From an uncultured Alphaproteobacteria bacterium (GTDB lineage: Bacteria; Pseudomonadota; Alphaproteobacteria; Rhizobiales; Xanthobacteraceae), in the NCBI GenBank assembly GCA_963702695.1, contig CAVPDS010000008.1, forward strand, positions 85,979 through 149,978: a DNA stretch of 64,000 nucleotides, in the 5' to 3' direction. Numbering within the stretch: position 1 is the first letter of the stretch; each line of letters opens with the position of its first letter. Positions 12,310 to 24,728 of this stretch are shown piece by piece. Both the position numbers and the translations under genes were made by a program. The notes under the pieces were generated by a model. That model had not been told where the DNA came from and made no database searches. It was given only the letters and a program-made list of their open reading frames with translations.

Positions 12310-12629
12310 CCGCCCGACTTCATGTCGCTGACCGCCTTTGCCATCAGTTCATCCATGGTGCGGCGGATCTGGTGATCGGACTGGGCCACGCCCTTGGCGT
12401 CGAAATCCGCACGGATCTTGCGGAAGACATCGTGGTCGCCGGCTTCCTCGAAGTCCGACATCACGACGGCCTTGGCGTAGGCATCGGCCTCCGCGCCGGC
12501 AAGGCCGAGCTTATCCGCGGCCCACAGGCCGAGCAGCTTGTTGCGGCGCGCGTTCGCTTTGAATCTCAGTTCTTCGTCGTGCGCGAACTGCTTTTCGAAG
12601 CCTTCCTCGCGCTTGTCGAATGTGGTCAT
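12306..12629 (-). CDS. DUF1476 protein (alphaproteobacterial F1-ATPase inhibitor zeta-subunit family)
   Basis: MTTFDKREEGFEKQFAHDEELRFKANARRNKLLGLWAA... is the typical DUF1476 N-terminus. ATG at 12627-12629; the upstream track extension is rejected. Confidence 0.75.
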   Translation of the reverse strand: MTTFDKREEGFEKQFAHDEELRFKANARRNKLLGLWAADKLGLAGAEADAYAKAVVMSDFEEAGDHDVFRKIRADFDAKGVAQSDHQIRRTMDELMAKAVSDMKSGG

Positions 12630-12992
12630 ACATGCACCGTGGTTCTCTTGCGGTTCCAACCGCGTTTCGCAACGAAACATAAATTGTGCGGCCGCAATAG
12701 GGTAGTGGCCTCAAATCAGTCTCAATCGGCCATCGCCGTTACAATTGGCACTTGCATAACGGTCCCTGATGGTCAAGGCAACGCGACACACGCGCCGATT
12801 CGTGCCGACGCGGATGAGTGCGCTATCCACTTGCCATGATTGTGCTGCGCACTGCGATCGGCTAGATTGCGCCATGGACGCGGGCTGGCTATGTCCTGGT
12901 TTGCGCTGCCGCGTTCCCCTTCCGCCGCGGACAAACGAACTAAACCGGAGTCACGGCATCATATGGACATTCACAAACCACGGTATACTCCG

Positions 12993-13760
12993 ATGAGCCG
13001 TCGTCGTCGCATTTACGAAGGCAAGGCCAAGGTTCTCTATGAGGGCCCGGAGCCGGGAACCTTGATTCAGCATTTCAAGGATGATGCGACCGCATTCAAT
13101 GCCAAGAAGCACGAGGTGATCGAAGGGAAAGGGGTCCTCAACAACCGGATCTCCGAATATGTCTTCCAGCATTTGAACGACATCGGCGTTCCGACCCACT
13201 TCATCCGCCGTCTCAACATGCGCGAGCAGCTGATTCGCGAGGTCGAGATCATTCCGCTTGAAGTGGTGGTGCGCAACGTCGCCGCCGGTTCGCTGTCACA
13301 GCGTCTCGGCATCGAGGAAGGCACCCAACTGCCGCGTTCGATCATTGAGTTCTATTACAAGAACGACCAGCTCAACGATCCGATGGTATCGGAGGAACAT
13401 ATTACCGCCTTCGGCTGGGCCACGCCGCAGGAGATCGACGACATCATGGCGCTGGCCATCCGGGTCAACGACTTCCTCTCGGGCCTTTTCCTTGGCGTCG
13501 GCATCCGTCTCGTCGATTTCAAGATGGAAACCGGCCGGCTGTGGGAAAACGAGATGATGCGGATCGTCGTCGCCGACGAGATCTCGCCCAACTCGTGCCG
13601 GCTGTGGGACATCAAATCGAACGAGAAGCTCGACAAGGATCGCTTCCGCCGCGATCTCGGCGGCCTGGTCGAGGCTTACACCGAGGTCGCCAAGCGGCTC
13701 GGAATCATGAGCGAGAACGAGCGGCCGCAAGGGCCCGGCCCGGTCCTCGTCAAGAGCTAG
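12993..13760 (+). CDS. purC: Phosphoribosylaminoimidazole-succinocarboxamide (SAICAR) synthase
   Basis: [36 protein letters not shown]..., EVVVRN, and LVDFKMETG (close to the LxDFKLEFG motif). ATG at 12993. Confidence 0.95.
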   Translation: MSRRRRIYEGKAKVLYEGPEPGTLIQHFKDDATAFNAKKHEVIEGKGVLNNRISEYVFQHLNDIGVPTHFIRRLNMREQLIREVEIIPLEVVVRNVAAGSLSQRLGIEEGTQLPRSIIEFYYKNDQLNDPMVSEEHITAFGWATPQEIDDIMALAIRVNDFLSGLFLGVGIRLVDFKMETGRLWENEMMRIVVADEISPNSCRLWDIKSNEKLDKDRFRRDLGGLVEAYTEVAKRLGIMSENERPQGPGPVLVKS

Positions 13761-13791
13761 GACCGAAAGGTCCGGGCAAGGAGCGGGATCG

Positions 13792-14370
13792 ATGGGTGTC
13801 CCCACGATCGGTCTTGCGCCGATGACGGTGAAGGAGTTTTACGCCTTCACCGACAAACGGCCGGACGACGAAAAATGGGAGCTGATCGATGGAGAGCCGG
13901 TGTCGAACCCGACACCGAGTTACCTGCATCAGGATATTGTGGGAAATTTCCTTCTCTATTTGAGGGGCTTGGAACGGGCGCAGCCGCAGCCGCGGAAGGC
14001 GCTTCCGGGGATCGGGGTGCGCGTCTCGGATACGAAGCTTCCTGTGCCGGATGTTCTCGTCCGGCCCGGACATCCGCCGAACAACAATCCGATGAGTTGC
14101 GAATGTGATGACATGATTGTCGCATTCGAGGTGCTTTCGCCCTCGACCGAGGAGCACGATCTACGCTGGAAACGGGCGGCCTACACCGGCCTGCCCTCGC
14201 TGTCGCACTATATCGTCATCGCGCAGGACGCCGTGGATGTCGTGGTGTTCGCGCGCGATGACGGTTTTGCGGAACGGCAGTTCCGAAAGATCACCGAATC
14301 GATTGATTTGGCGGTGCTCGGCATTCCCTTGCCATTGGCGGAGATTTACCGCGGCACGGGCTTGAACTAA
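13792..14370 (+). CDS. Uma2 (DUF820) family restriction-endonuclease-fold protein
   Basis: MTVKEFYAF...EKWELIDGEPV, PDVLV and FEVLSPST...DLRWKRAAYTGLPSLSHYIVI match the Uma2 pattern. Strong AAGGAG sits 9 nt upstream of ATG 13792. Confidence 0.75.
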   Translation: MGVPTIGLAPMTVKEFYAFTDKRPDDEKWELIDGEPVSNPTPSYLHQDIVGNFLLYLRGLERAQPQPRKALPGIGVRVSDTKLPVPDVLVRPGHPPNNNPMSCECDDMIVAFEVLSPSTEEHDLRWKRAAYTGLPSLSHYIVIAQDAVDVVVFARDDGFAERQFRKITESIDLAVLGIPLPLAEIYRGTGLN

Positions 14371-14412
14371 CGCAGCCATCGTGTCGCGCGCGTGCGCCAA
14401 GGGGCTTGTTGC

Positions 14413-15144
14413 ATGCGAAGGGACATCACCATCGGCCTGGTTGTGCCGTTCGCCGAGGACAAGGTTCCGGATGAAGGGCTGCTGATGTATCCCGGCGCGC
14501 GGTTCATCGCGCGCGGCGTTGGGGTGCGCGGACTGACCGAGGCAGGCTATGACGCCGCGGTCGACAACATCGTGCCGGCCGCACGCGCGCTCGCCGATCA
14601 AGGCGTTGATGCCATCATGGTGATCGGGACGTCGCTCACGTTCTATCGGGGGGTGGAATTCCATGAGCAACTTCTCGCCGATCTGCGCGCCGCGACCGGC
14701 CTCCCGGTCAGCACCATGAGCCAGGCGATCGTCGATGGCCTGCGTGCGATGGGCGCGCGGCGGATCGGCGTCGCCACCGCCTATGCCGAGGACGTGAACC
14801 GGCGCCTCGCCGATTTCCTCACGGCGCAGGGGTTCGAGGTGCTGGCGCTGCGCGGTTTCGGGCTCGTTGGCTTCGGCGACCCGGGCAAGAAGAGCGAGGC
14901 CGATATCATCGCGCTCGGCCGCGACGTCTGCGCGGCGGCGGGGGAGGCGGAAGGGTTGCTGATCTCCTGCGGCGGGTTGCGCACGCTCGGCGTCGCCAAG
15001 CCGCTCGAGGAGCACCTCGGCATTCCGGTCGTTTCCAGCACGCAAGCCGCGTTCTGGTCGGCGCTGCGGCTCGCCGGCGAGAGCGGACGCGTGTCCGGCC
15101 GCGGGCGGTTGCTGGAACAGGCGGCAAGCGCGGCGGTGAACTAA
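14413..15144 (+). CDS. Asp/Glu racemase superfamily protein, arylmalonate decarboxylase-like
   Basis: The first catalytic position is VIGTSLTFYRG (Gly, no Cys) and the second is LISCGGLRT (Cys). This one-cysteine pattern is typical of AMDase rather than maleate isomerase. ATG 14413 has AAGGGG upstream; the track start at 14392 is GTG. Confidence 0.65.
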   Translation: MRRDITIGLVVPFAEDKVPDEGLLMYPGARFIARGVGVRGLTEAGYDAAVDNIVPAARALADQGVDAIMVIGTSLTFYRGVEFHEQLLADLRAATGLPVSTMSQAIVDGLRAMGARRIGVATAYAEDVNRRLADFLTAQGFEVLALRGFGLVGFGDPGKKSEADIIALGRDVCAAAGEAEGLLISCGGLRTLGVAKPLEEHLGIPVVSSTQAAFWSALRLAGESGRVSGRGRLLEQAASAAVN

Positions 15145-15263
15145 GGTAGCCGGAGTTGCGGTTGAGCGGTGAGCCTGTGGCGCTTACCGCTTGCACCCGA
15201 ATCGCCCAATGTCGATATTTGGCTGACCCAAGTATCCGGCGGCTCGACGCCAAGGACCTTCGC

Positions 15264-15506
15264 ATGAAAGCCCGCGTTACTGTCACCCTTAAATCCGGCA
15301 TCCTCGATCCACAGGGGAAGGCGATCGAAGGCGCGCTGAGATCGCTCGGCATTGCCGGCGTCACGAGCGTACGCCAGGGCAAGGTATTCGACATCGAGTT
15401 CGAGGGCGCGCCGGGCCAGGACGCCGAGACGGTGCTCAAGCAGGCCGCCGACAAGCTCCTCGCCAATACGGTGATCGAGAATTATAATGTGGAACTGATC
15501 CGCTAA
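15264..15506 (+). CDS. purS: Phosphoribosylformylglycinamidine synthase subunit PurS
   Basis: 80 aa. MKARVTVTLKSGILDPQGKAIEGALRSLG... ATG at 15264 with AAGGA upstream. Confidence 0.9.
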   Translation: MKARVTVTLKSGILDPQGKAIEGALRSLGIAGVTSVRQGKVFDIEFEGAPGQDAETVLKQAADKLLANTVIENYNVELIR

Positions 15507-15559
15507 GTTTGCGCGCTGGTGGCCCACGTGACAAGCCGCGGTGCTGATACGGCGATCGC

Positions 15560-16144
15560 ATGATCAAGCTGCGTACGGGACTTTTCATTGGTGTCCTCGG
15601 TATTGCCTTCGCGAGCGTGCTCGCCGGCGGCGCAGCGACGCTTGGGGTCGCGCGGCTCGGCGGCGATAGCTCGCCGCCGCGTGCGCAGTGGACCGAGGTC
15701 AAGTGGCCATTCCCGCTCGACGAGTGGGGGCTCGGCCGCGCCTTTCGTTGCGGCGCCGCCGATTGTGGCACCGAGGTCAACATCTATCTGCGCGCCAAGG
15801 TCGGCTTCTGCAATTGCTCGACCGGAGTCTCCGACGACGCCGAGCTCGAGCGCGTCGCCGATCTCGAAATCTACAGCGACCAGTACGTCGCGACCGCCGA
15901 CGGCCACCCCGTCGACGTCGGTTGGATGAAGGGCCGCAGCCGGCCGTATCGCGTCACCATGCGCTATGCGCCGACGTTCGATGCGGTTGCGATTGCCTTC
16001 AACGACAAGTGCGACGTGGCGGTGGCGACCGTCGTGTCCGATCCCGCCAAGCTCGCGCAGGCCGAGCGCGCCGCGGTCGAATTCCTGAACGGCGATCTCA
16101 CCCTGAAATGGGCGCGCGCCGAGCTCGGCCAGGTCAGCGACTGA
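15560..16144 (+). CDS. Hypothetical membrane-anchored Cys-rich protein between purS and purQ
   Basis: N-terminal TM/signal anchor ([19 protein letters not shown]). Extracytoplasmic part with Cys cluster [25 protein letters not shown]. The stop TGA overlaps the purQ ATG (TGATG at 16142-16146). Confidence 0.55.
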   Translation: MIKLRTGLFIGVLGIAFASVLAGGAATLGVARLGGDSSPPRAQWTEVKWPFPLDEWGLGRAFRCGAADCGTEVNIYLRAKVGFCNCSTGVSDDAELERVADLEIYSDQYVATADGHPVDVGWMKGRSRPYRVTMRYAPTFDAVAIAFNDKCDVAVATVVSDPAKLAQAERAAVEFLNGDLTLKWARAELGQVSD

Positions 16145-16845
16145 TGCAAGCCGCCGTCATCGTCTTCCCCGGCATCAATCGTGAACGCGACATGGCGCGC
16201 ACGCTCAAGCTCGTTTCCGGGCGCTCGCCGGCGATGGTGTGGCACGCCGATACCGCACTGCCGGCGGGCATCGATCTCGTGGTGATCCCGGGCGGATTCT
16301 CCTACGGCGATTATCTGCGCTGCGGCGCGATCGCCGCACGCGCGCCGATCATGGACGCGGTGCGCGCCTTCGCGGCCAAGGGCGGGCTCGTGCTTGCGGT
16401 TTGCAACGGCTTTCAGATCGCGTGCGAGTCCGGCCTGCTGCCGGGCGTGCTGATGCGCAATCAGCAGCTCCGCTTCATCTGCCGCGACGTTTACCTGCGG
16501 GTGGAGCGCTCCGATACGCCGTTCACGCGCGGCTACAACGCCGGCCAGGTGATCCGCGTGCCGGTCGCGCACGGCGAAGGCAACTACATCGCCGACGGCG
16601 AGACCATCGCGCGGCTCGAAGGCGAGGGCAGGGTGCTGTTCCGCTACGCCTCGCCGGACGGGATGGTCGACCCGAACTGGAACCACAATGGCGCCATGAA
16701 CGCCGTCGCCGGGATTCTCAACGAGCGCGGCAACGTGCTCGGCATGATGCCGCACCCGGAGAACCACGTCGAAGCGGCGATGGGCTGCACCGACGGGCGC
16801 GGGCTGTTCGCGGGGCTGGTCCACTATCTCGCCGACGCGGCGTAG
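16144..16845 (+). CDS. purQ: Phosphoribosylformylglycinamidine synthase subunit PurQ (glutaminase)
   Basis: [16 protein letters not shown], catalytic AVCNGFQ, and HPE near the C-terminus. The upstream part of the 15688 track ORF is off-target read-through. Confidence 0.95.
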   Translation: MQAAVIVFPGINRERDMARTLKLVSGRSPAMVWHADTALPAGIDLVVIPGGFSYGDYLRCGAIAARAPIMDAVRAFAAKGGLVLAVCNGFQIACESGLLPGVLMRNQQLRFICRDVYLRVERSDTPFTRGYNAGQVIRVPVAHGEGNYIADGETIARLEGEGRVLFRYASPDGMVDPNWNHNGAMNAVAGILNERGNVLGMMPHPENHVEAAMGCTDGRGLFAGLVHYLADAA

Positions 16846-16909
16846 TCTTTTGCAAGAGCCGAACGCGCTTCCGCAATGTCCATCCCGTTCGTCGCGAGAC
16901 CTCTGCCAG

Positions 16910-17035
16910 TCAGGGAATCTGGATTGATCGCAGAAAGGCGATGAAGGAGCGCGCATCTTCGCGCGTGAAGCGGAAGGTCGGCATGTCGGGGTGATCCGAT
17001 GTCAGTCCCTGGCGTAACGTCGCTTGAGGATTGGC
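16910..17035 (-). pseudogene. Possible C-terminal remnant of a class I c-type cytochrome
   Basis: The frame ends ...HPDMPTFRFTREDARSFIAFLRSIQIP*, resembling the MP.F..lsdeda..i.aYLrsl tail of cytochromes c. No CxxCH lies upstream in frame. It abuts the promoter side of the divergent cytochrome gene. Confidence 0.3.
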
Positions 17036-17069
17036 TGAGGCTATAACACTCAAACAAGAGGGTTCGTTC

Positions 17070-18062
17070 ATGAATCGCCTTATCCGCCTGATGTCATTGG
17101 TCGCCGGACTTGCGGCCGCGAACGCGATGACAGCCGGCCACGTCTGCGCCGCCGACATTCCGCAGGTCAAGCTGTCCGAATGGACGCCGCCTGATCTCAG
17201 CGCTCTCGGCGATGATCCGATGGGCAAGCTGATCAAATACGGCTACGCCCTCATGACCGATACCGTGAACCAGATCGGTCCGGCGGCGTCGGATCCGGCG
17301 CAACGGTTCTCCGGCAACAATCTCACCTGTCAGAGCTGCCATCTCAAAGCCGGCACGCAGACCTACGCGATGCCGCTGGTTGGCGTTTGGGGCCAGTTCC
17401 CGCAGTACCGCGGAAGGGAAGGTCAGGTCGGCACGCTCGAAGAACGCGTGAACGGCTGCATGGAGCGCAGCATGAATGGTCGCGCGCTGCCGCTCGACAG
17501 CCGGGAGATGAAGGCCTTTCTCGCGTACATGAAATGGCTGTCGGCGGGAATTCCTGATGGCGCCAAGCTGATCGGTGCCGGCACCTTGAACGTGAAGGAA
17601 CCGGCGCGGATGGCAAATCTCGGCCATGGCGCGCAGGTCTTTGCGCAGTTCTGCGCTGCATGCCATGGCGCGGATGGGCGCGGGCAGCGCACCGGGACCG
17701 CAGGTCCATATCAATTCCCGCCGCTCTGGGGTCCCGACAGCTACAATGACGGGGCCGGCATGGCGCGGCTGCTGACGGCGGCCGCCTTCGTCAAGCACAA
17801 CATGCCGCTTGGAACGTCGTATTCGAGCCCGTTGTTGAGTGACGACGAGGCCTATGATGTGGCGGCGTTCATCAACAACGCCGAGCGACCGCAGAAATCA
17901 AATCTTGAAAAGGACTTCCCGATCCGGCTGCAGAAGCCGGTCGACGCGCCCTATGGACCTTATGTCGACAAGTTCGATCTGCAGCAGCACAAGTTCGGAC
18001 CGTTCGAGCCGATTCGCGCCGAGCTCAAGGAATTGGCCGCGCGGGCGGCTGCGTCGCGATAG
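17070..18062 (+). CDS. Diheme c-type cytochrome, TsdA (thiosulfate dehydrogenase)-like
   Basis: Signal peptide, two heme motifs (CQSCH and CAACH), and an RVNGCMERSMNG segment that resembles the Cys-ligand region of TsdA. ATG 17070 with AAGAGGG upstream. Confidence 0.65.
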   Translation: MNRLIRLMSLVAGLAAANAMTAGHVCAADIPQVKLSEWTPPDLSALGDDPMGKLIKYGYALMTDTVNQIGPAASDPAQRFSGNNLTCQSCHLKAGTQTYAMPLVGVWGQFPQYRGREGQVGTLEERVNGCMERSMNGRALPLDSREMKAFLAYMKWLSAGIPDGAKLIGAGTLNVKEPARMANLGHGAQVFAQFCAACHGADGRGQRTGTAGPYQFPPLWGPDSYNDGAGMARLLTAAAFVKHNMPLGTSYSSPLLSDDEAYDVAAFINNAERPQKSNLEKDFPIRLQKPVDAPYGPYVDKFDLQQHKFGPFEPIRAELKELAARAAASR

Positions 18063-18086
18063 CTCCGCCCTGCCCATCCTGTAGGG

Positions 18087-18623
18087 TCAGCCGCGGCGGG
18101 CGCGGGCCGGCCGGCGCGATGCATTCTCGGTGAAATCGAGCGATTGCTGGAAGCGGATGGCGTCGGCCCGCGCGTCTTCGCCAGTCGCCAGCGCCGTCCC
18201 CTCGATCTGATAGAGCCGCTGCTTGTGATAGAAGATCGCGACGAAGGAATGGCTGCCGTCCGCGTGGTCGATGCTCAACTGACGCCCGTAGACCGCGCGA
18301 ATGCGGTGCGGGATGTCGACTTTGATCTCCGCCGCCGTGGACAGCATCTTGACCGCGTGTTCGACCGCGGCGGTTTCCTCGATGGCAGTGTCCGCCAGGT
18401 CGGCGATCGTCATGCGGAATACGCTGCCGGCCCGGGTGACGGAATAGACACGCGCTTCGACCGAACGATCGTCGGAGGCGGGATAGGTCGTGGTTTCGAT
18501 CTTGGGATCGGCGGGAAAGGCGACCGAGAACGAATAGCTGGGATAGGCATATTCCTTCCAGCTTTGCGCCGCGGCCGGACCCCCTGCAACAAACGCCGCC
18601 AGGATGTAGGCGATCGCACGCAT
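18087..18623 (-). CDS. Hypothetical secreted protein
   Basis: MRAIAYILAAFVAGGPAAAQ signal peptide. ATG 18621-18623 preceded by GGAGGA. No recognisable domain. Confidence 0.5.
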   Translation of the reverse strand: MRAIAYILAAFVAGGPAAAQSWKEYAYPSYSFSVAFPADPKIETTTYPASDDRSVEARVYSVTRAGSVFRMTIADLADTAIEETAAVEHAVKMLSTAAEIKVDIPHRIRAVYGRQLSIDHADGSHSFVAIFYHKQRLYQIEGTALATGEDARADAIRFQQSLDFTENASRRPARARRG

Positions 18624-18821
18624 GGTGATCCTCCGGGACACGGTGAGCTTACAGGCGCGGTATTGTAGGCCTTACCACCGGACGTTGGAAGCAACCGAGC
18701 AGGGTGACGGAGTTGTTGCCTTTCCGGTTCGTCCTGCCGCGCAACCGCTTGCGGAGTTCAGTTGGAGCATGCTCCGTCGCCCCGCTTTCGCTGGGACGAC
18801 GTTCCAATTCATTCGTCACCG

Positions 18822-19655
18822 TCACTTCTGCGCGGGCTTGAAATATTTCAAATTCGGCGGCGGTTGATCCTTCTTGATCGGCATCAGTTCGCCATCGGCG
18901 CTCTTGTAATAGGATTCCTTGCCGATGCGGACCCACGAATTGTCGTCGGCGCAGGTTGACGTGTGCCAGCTCGCCTTCGGGTCCGGCTTGCGTTGGGCCT
19001 TCCGCAGCAGCGTCCAGGGATGCGTCAAGGCGTGATCGGAGACCGTGATCTCGTCATAAATGATATTCGGATCGGCCTTATCGAGGAAGAACCGCTCCGT
19101 GACGACGCTCTGATTGTCCCGGTGCAACGGAAGGCCGCTGGCGTCGAAGGCGCGCGGACCTTTGAAGTGGGTGGTTTCGACCCGAAGCTCGTCGTAACGC
19201 CCGCTTCCCGTCGTGTCGACCCACTTGCCCAGGGAATAACCGGCATAGGTCAGCTCGGCGTCGGCGGGAATCTCGCGTCCGTCGGTGAAGATCCGCCGAT
19301 AGGAATCGTTGACATGGCTGATCAGGATATAGGTCACGTCGGGCGTGATGATGATCTCCATCGGGTCATAGAGATTCATCATCATCGGCATGCCCTGTGG
19401 AATGCAGTAGGTGGATGGCACGTCGCCTGGCCCGCCGGCGGCCATCTCGACCCGGTTGGCGTCGTAGATCGCCTGATATTCCGGCGTGAGCGGGGCTTTC
19501 TGCCCGGTGGCCGCGAACCAGTTCGGGCGGCCGACGCGCCACCACTGGCCCTTGAAGTCGGGATATTTCGACTCATCGAACGCGCGCGCATCGGAAAGCG
19601 TCACCGACAGCGCCGTCGCCAGCGCCATGGCACCGATCAAGCTTCGGGCGAGCAT
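18822..19655 (-). CDS. Hypothetical secreted protein
   Basis: MLARSLIGAMALATALSVTLSDARA signal peptide. ATG 19653-19655 preceded by GGGAGGA. Coding-like composition throughout. Confidence 0.5.
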   Translation of the reverse strand: MLARSLIGAMALATALSVTLSDARAFDESKYPDFKGQWWRVGRPNWFAATGQKAPLTPEYQAIYDANRVEMAAGGPGDVPSTYCIPQGMPMMMNLYDPMEIIITPDVTYILISHVNDSYRRIFTDGREIPADAELTYAGYSLGKWVDTTGSGRYDELRVETTHFKGPRAFDASGLPLHRDNQSVVTERFFLDKADPNIIYDEITVSDHALTHPWTLLRKAQRKPDPKASWHTSTCADDNSWVRIGKESYYKSADGELMPIKKDQPPPNLKYFKPAQK

Positions 19656-19834
19656 GCGTATCCTCCCTGGAATGGACTCGCTGTTGCGGGCGTCTTGCTG
19701 GAAGGGCGGCGGTCTCCTTATACACCGGGCGCGCATCGGCCGGAACGGCCTTGACCCCGGGTGTCAGGGAGCCCACCTGTGGATTGCCGCCGTATCGGTT
19801 GCCGGGCCATGCCCGGCAATGACATTTTGGGCCC

Positions 19835-22066
<2,232 letters not shown>

Positions 22067-22121
22067 ATTGTTTGTTTGAATGTTTCGTTTCCGGGCGCAT
22101 GGAGCGAAGCGGAACGTGAAC

Positions 22122-22147
22122 CCGATCTCGGGTTTACCCGAGATCGG
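22122..22147. repeat. Palindromic REP-like hairpin between convergent purL and pyrE
   Basis: ccgatctcgggt (22122-22133) pairs perfectly with acccgagatcgg (22136-22147). It may act as a bidirectional terminator. Confidence 0.5.
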
Positions 22148-22194
22148 TGCATATTACACCCAACTGGCGTGGACCCAGCGGGCCGGGAGACGTC

Positions 22195-22791
22195 TTACTT
22201 CATGAATTCGCTGGCGCGGAAAATGGCCTCGAATGGAATGCCGCGCTCGCGGTAGAATTCCGGGGCGCCTTCCTCGCGGTCGACGATGGAGAGAACCAGC
22301 ACGATCTCGGCGCCGGACCTCTGTGCGGCATCAACTGCAATCATCGCCGAGCCGCCCGTCGTGGTGACGTCCTCCAGGATCACGACCTTCTTGCCTTGCA
22401 GCGTGTCGTTCGGGCCGAGTCCCTCGACGAGCTTCTTGGTGCCGTGGTCCTTGACCTCTTTGCGAACGAAGAACGCCGGAATCGGCCGCTCGTCGCGGCT
22501 GCTCATCAGGGCGAGAGCGCTGACGAGAGGCACCGCGCCGAGCGCGAGACCGCCGGCATAATCGACCTTGATGCCACGCAGCTTCTCCAACACCAGCTCG
22601 GCGATCGCATGCGATCCTTCCGGATCGAACATGGTCGGCTTCATGTCGAGGTAGTAGTCGCTCTCCTTGCCCGAGGCGAGCTTGTAGCGTCCCCGCGCGA
22701 AGGATTTTTCCTTGATGATGCGAAAGAGCTTCTCCCGCAGCAGGTTCGCTTCAAACGGGCTTAGTGGCTTCGCGGAAGGATGCGTGGTCAT
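22195..22791 (-). CDS. pyrE: Orotate phosphoribosyltransferase
   Basis: 198 aa. KLASGKESDYYLD and PRPP loop VVILEDVTTTGGS. GAGGAG upstream of the ATG at 22789-22791. Confidence 0.9.
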   Translation of the reverse strand: MTTHPSAKPLSPFEANLLREKLFRIIKEKSFARGRYKLASGKESDYYLDMKPTMFDPEGSHAIAELVLEKLRGIKVDYAGGLALGAVPLVSALALMSSRDERPIPAFFVRKEVKDHGTKKLVEGLGPNDTLQGKKVVILEDVTTTGGSAMIAVDAAQRSGAEIVLVLSIVDREEGAPEFYRERGIPFEAIFRASEFMK

Positions 22792-22930
22792 GGCACTCCT
22801 CGGGCGTGCAGGTCGGGTGAGCTATATCGGCGGCGACTCCACCTGACAACGCTTCAATTCCCGAGCAACGATACCGGGTTCCCCCAGGCAAATCGGAGAT
22901 TATCTGACGTCATCCCCGATATTTTGGCAG

Positions 22931-24499
22931 CTACCGCCGCAGCAGTCCCCCCAGCGCGCCGCGCACCAGCGCGCGGCCGATCGAGCCGCCCATGGAGCCG
23001 CCAAGCGACTTGCCGAGGTCGGCCGCGATCTGGCCGGCGACCTTGTTGGTGACGGTGCGGGTCACGCTGCGCGTCATCGCCTGGGTGGTCGTGAGCCGCT
23101 CCCCGCGCTTGTGCTCGGTGCCGAACAGGCCGCCGAACATATGGCCGATGGTGCCCATCACGCCGCCCTCGGTGGGCGCGCCGGCCGGCGCCGCCGAAGT
23201 CGAGCCGGTCTGCTGCACGCGTTTCTGCAGCACCTCGTAGGCGGACTCGGAATCGATCGCCTGGTCGTATTTTCCTTTCACCGGGCTGTTGGCTTGGATC
23301 GCCTTGCGCTCGTCGGGCGTGATCGGGCCGACGCGCGCCGATGGCGGCCGGATCATGCAGCGCTCGACCATCGAAGGGGTGCCGTTGCCTTCGAGGAACG
23401 ACACCAGCGCCTCGCCCTTGCCGAGCTGCATGATCACCTGCGCGGTGTCGAGGTTGGGATTGGGTCGGAAGGTATCGGCGGCGGCCTTCACCGCCTTCTG
23501 GTCGCGCGGGGTGAAGGCGCGCAGCGCGTGCTGCACGCGGTTGCCGAGTTGCGCCAAAACCTTGTCCGGCACGTCGAGCGGGTTCTGGGTGACGAAGTAG
23601 ACCCCGACGCCCTTGGAGCGGATCAGCCGCACCACCTGCTCGATCTTGTCGAGCAGCGCCTTGGGCGCATCGGTAAACAGGAGATGCGCCTCGTCGAAGA
23701 AGAACACCAGCTTGGGCTTGGGCAGATCGCCGACTTCGGGAAGCTCCTCGAACAGCTCTGAAAGGAGCCACAGCAGGAAGGTCGCGTAGAGCCGTGGGCT
23801 TTCCATCAACTTGTCGGCGGCGAGCACGTTGATATAGCCGCGGCCGTCGCGGTCGGCGCGGATAAAGTCCTTGAGCGCGAGCGCGGGCTCGCTGAAGAAT
23901 TTCGTGCCGCCCTGATTCTCCAGCACCAGCAAGGCGCGCTGGATCGTGCCGATCGTCGCCTTGGCAACGTTCCCGTACTGGGTTGTGAGTTCGGCGGCAT
24001 GGTCGGCGAGATAACCGAGCATGGCGCGCAAATCCTTGAGGTCGAGCAGCAGGAGCCCCTGCTCGTCGGCGACGCGAAAAGCCACGTTGAGCACGCCTTC
24101 CTGCACATCGTTGAGATCGAGCAGCCGGGACAGCAGCAGCGGGCCCATCTCCGAGATGGTCGCGCGGATGGGATGGCCCTGCTCGCCGAACAGGTCCCAG
24201 AAGATCACCGGGAACTGGTCCGGCTGGTACTCGATGCCCATGCTTTTGGCGCGGGTGACGAACGCTTCCTTGGCCTCGCCGGCCTCGGCGATGCCGGACA
24301 GGTCGCCCTTCACGTCGGCCGCGAACACCGACACGCCGGCATTCGACAGCCCCTCGGCCAGGACCTGCAGGGTAACGGTCTTGCCGGTGCCGGTGGCGCC
24401 GGCGACGAGCCCGTGGCGGTTGGCGAGCGCCAGCGTCAGGACTTCCGGCTTGGTGCCCTGACCGACGAAAATGGTGCCGTCCTGATCGGGAGTGGTCAT
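22931..24499 (-). CDS. HerA-like helicase/ATPase, DUF853 (YjgR) family
   Basis: Walker A GATGTGKT, Walker [13 protein letters not shown], and a Gly-rich C-terminal tail. The 561-aa ORF 22854..24539 on the same strand is an off-frame artefact. Confidence 0.8.
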   Translation of the reverse strand: MTTPDQDGTIFVGQGTKPEVLTLALANRHGLVAGATGTGKTVTLQVLAEGLSNAGVSVFAADVKGDLSGIAEAGEAKEAFVTRAKSMGIEYQPDQFPVIFWDLFGEQGHPIRATISEMGPLLLSRLLDLNDVQEGVLNVAFRVADEQGLLLLDLKDLRAMLGYLADHAAELTTQYGNVAKATIGTIQRALLVLENQGGTKFFSEPALALKDFIRADRDGRGYINVLAADKLMESPRLYATFLLWLLSELFEELPEVGDLPKPKLVFFFDEAHLLFTDAPKALLDKIEQVVRLIRSKGVGVYFVTQNPLDVPDKVLAQLGNRVQHALRAFTPRDQKAVKAAADTFRPNPNLDTAQVIMQLGKGEALVSFLEGNGTPSMVERCMIRPPSARVGPITPDERKAIQANSPVKGKYDQAIDSESAYEVLQKRVQQTGSTSAAPAGAPTEGGVMGTIGHMFGGLFGTEHKRGERLTTTQAMTRSVTRTVTNKVAGQIAADLGKSLGGSMGGSIGRALVRGALGGLLRR

Positions 24500-24728
24500 C
24501 TTTGCCTCTGGGTGGCGAACCGGTCGCCGCGCCTATCAAGTGCGCCTATTTTTCGCGGTCACTCAAGCGTGGTCAACAGGTGCGCAATCGCGCGAAGTTT
24601 TCGCTTGCGGTCGTTTGCCCTTGTCCTATCTATTTCACAGGACGGACCGCGCCGCGACTTGGAAGCGTGGCGAGCTTCTTGTTCTTTCCATGGCCGGCGG
24701 GCTGTTGCACGGAGCGGGAGACCATTCC

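Noticed and set aside
22854-24539. 561-aa ORF on the same strand as the HerA-like gene
   Set aside because: It is an off-frame reading of the same DNA. The product is dominated by Arg/Gly/Pro/Ala runs, whereas the 522-aa frame carries Walker A and B motifs.
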